Shown: piece after piece, positions 61,814-64,000 of the stretch
Numbering within the stretch: the stretch's first letter is position 1
Layout: each line of letters opens with the position of its first letter
NCBI GenBank assembly: GCA_045837725.1
Contig: JBEWZL010000179.1
Location: forward strand, 124,001 to 188,000
Direction: 5' to 3'
Origin: Vermamoeba vermiformis
Lineage: Eukaryota
Length of the DNA stretch: 64,000 nt
Position numbers and translations under genes: made by a program
Notes under the pieces: model-generated
Told to the model about the DNA's origin: nothing
Databases searched by the model: none
The model's input: the letters and a program-made list of their open reading frames with translations, nothing else

Positions 61814-64000
61814 ATGTCACTTGTGGAAGAGCTGCGTGTTGGATCTAAAGTCTTCGTTGAAGATAAAACTGAAGGCTGGATTACCGCCGAAATTATTGAA
61901 CTCGACCCCAACAATGCGGACTCCATTTTGATCAGAACCAACCAAGATCCTCAGCAGGTAAAATAAACAACCGAAATTTTTTGAAAAATAAGAAAAATAT
62001 CACAGTCACTGTAAAATTATTTAATGTAATATATGCTCCCATGCTGGTCATAATGTTGAAGAAGCAAAATTAAAGTCTCTCAAAAATTAAATTTTAGATC
62101 TCGCTAACAGCGAGCTGAACTTCCATAAACCTATATTAAGCACTTAATATATTTACCCTCGGTATAGAATTCAAAGATATCAACTTATTTTAGTCTGAAA
62201 ATGCCAAACTCCACTTAAATTTCGTTAGGTTATAATTCTAACGTTGCAATTTTTGCTAGGAATATAAAAAGCCAGCTGCCGACCTCTACCTATGTAACCC
62301 TCCTATATTAGATGCCGTTGATGACCTTACGACCCTATCATTTTTGGTACGTATTTCAAACCAGATCTTGCAACTTTTTTAATTTTCAAAAATTAGCACG
62401 AGCCTGGTGTGCTGCACAACCTTGAAACTCGATACCAAATGAACATGATTTACTCATTCTCAGGTATTTAATTAATTAAATAATATGACTCTTCACGATC
62501 TAACCAATTTTAGGTCCAATTCTTATTGCTGTCAATCCCTATCAACGTCTGCCCTTATATGCCAATGAAATCATTGCAGCTTATTGCGGCCAACCGCTAG
62601 GTACGAATAATTCATATTAACTGCGGGATTTGGTGTTGACACTCGTGTTTTGACAGGCAAATTGCAACCGCACATTTACGCCATTGCCGAGCAGTCATAT
62701 CGTTCAATGTTAAGTGACGGCCAAAATCAATCTATTCTCGTATCTGGCGAGTCAGGTGCTGGTAAAACAGACTCGACAAAGGTAAGTCCAAATCATTTCA
62801 TAGTTGATTTCAGCGGTCATTTTTGACACGTTGCCATCCAGTTTTTGTTGCAATACTTTGCAGCCATGAGTTCAAAGGACGCGACAGGCTCTATCGAGAA
62901 GAAAGTGTTGGAATCAACGCCTGTGCTTGAAGCATTTGGTAACGCAAAGACATTGAAGAACGACAACTCGAGTCGATTTGGCAAGTTCATTGAAGTGCAG
63001 TTCAACGACAGAGGCTGTATTTGCGGTGCCAATCTGTCGACTTACTTGTTGGAGAAGTCACGTATTGTGCGTCAAGCAGAGGGTGAAAGAAATTATCACT
63101 TCTTTTACCAACTGTGCGCTGGTGCCTCACCTGAAGAACGACAACGCTTTTACTTGGAAGAACCAGGCTTCTATGAATTCTTGAACAAGAGCGGCTGTTA
63201 CGAAATTGAAGGTGTTGCTGATGACGAGTCATTCAGACGTACTCGTGTCGCTTTTGACATTTTGGGCATTACCAAAGACGAGCAAGAAAATATCTTTGCG
63301 ATCGTTTCTGCAGTACTTCGTCTCGGAAACGTCACGTAAGAATTCTGATTTATTTTGCACGAGAACAAATCTAACAAATATTTTAGCGTGGCACCCAACC
63401 CTAACAACAGTGACGAAGCTGTTATTGGCGATAAAGAGCACTTGGAAATTGCTTGCAAGCTCTTGGGCATTGATTTAGCCACGTGCGAGAAGACTTTCAC
63501 GGTCAGAAAAGTCGTGGCTCCCGGTGAAACTTACATTAAGCCCTTGTCTCCTGCTCAAGCAGAAAGTGCCAAGGACTCACTCGCCATGCTCATCTATTCG
63601 AAACTGTTTGATTGGCTCGTGGCTCGTATCAACAAGTCGATCAACAACAAGGCCGAGTCCAAGTCATTCATTGGCGTGCTTGACATTTACGGCTTTGAGT
63701 CGTTCGAAACAAACAGCTTTGAACAGTTCTGCATCAACTACGCCAATGAAAAGCTTCAGCAGCAATTCAACCAGGTACGATCCATTGGAATTTATTGTGT
63801 GCTAATTTGAATCTGACACGTGTCAAAACAGCACATTTTCAAAATTGAACAACAAGAATACACCAAAGAAAAGATTGACTGGTCGTACATTGAATTCAAA
63901 GATAACCAAGGATGTCTTGATTTGATTGAAAAGAAGCTCGGCATTATTGATCTCTTGGACGAAGAGTGTACTTTCCCTCGTGCCACTGACGACACATTTG
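61814..64000 (+). CDS. Myosin heavy chain, class V/XI-like; continues off the window
   Basis: N-terminal SH3-like domain, [41 protein letters not shown] and [23 protein letters not shown]. Confidence 0.95.

Noticed and set aside
1-64000. Global UGA-to-Cys/Trp genetic code reassignment
   Set aside because: The conserved host exons I checked use TGT/TGC/TGG with no in-frame TGA, and the IMPACT-like gene ends at TGA exactly where the MJ1316 domain normally ends.
1-64000. CRISPR arrays, rRNA or prokaryotic operons
   Set aside because: No regularly spaced direct repeats or rRNA-like sequence; nearly all genes are spliced eukaryotic genes.

Overview
Gene-dense, intron-rich eukaryotic DNA. Short GT-AG introns (mostly ~45-150 nt), a fused ALG14-ALG13 gene, a Sib/integrin-beta-like gene and a class V-like myosin point to an amoebozoan-type protist (inference). 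The window holds about 26 protein-coding genes, including Piezo, a biotin carboxylase alpha subunit, HemN/RSAD1, ZMAT2, RPL13A, a Myb factor, an O-fucosyltransferase-like gene, CDO, TRM7, PMS2, Vma22 and myosin. It also holds five tRNA genes packed into one 2.2-kb intron and a complete 4.8-kb P-superfamily DNA transposon (92-bp TIRs, 8-bp TSD). Best finding: a 77-codon gene missed by the ORF track (51546-51779) has an in-frame UGA before a C-terminal transmembrane helix and a well-formed SECIS-type hairpin in its 3' UTR, so it is a candidate new selenoprotein. Second: the otherwise intact transposase carries in-frame UGAs beside two catalytic residues and has a weaker SECIS-like hairpin after its stop, suggesting UGA recoding. 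Exon boundaries were read by eye. No database searches or folding programs were run.
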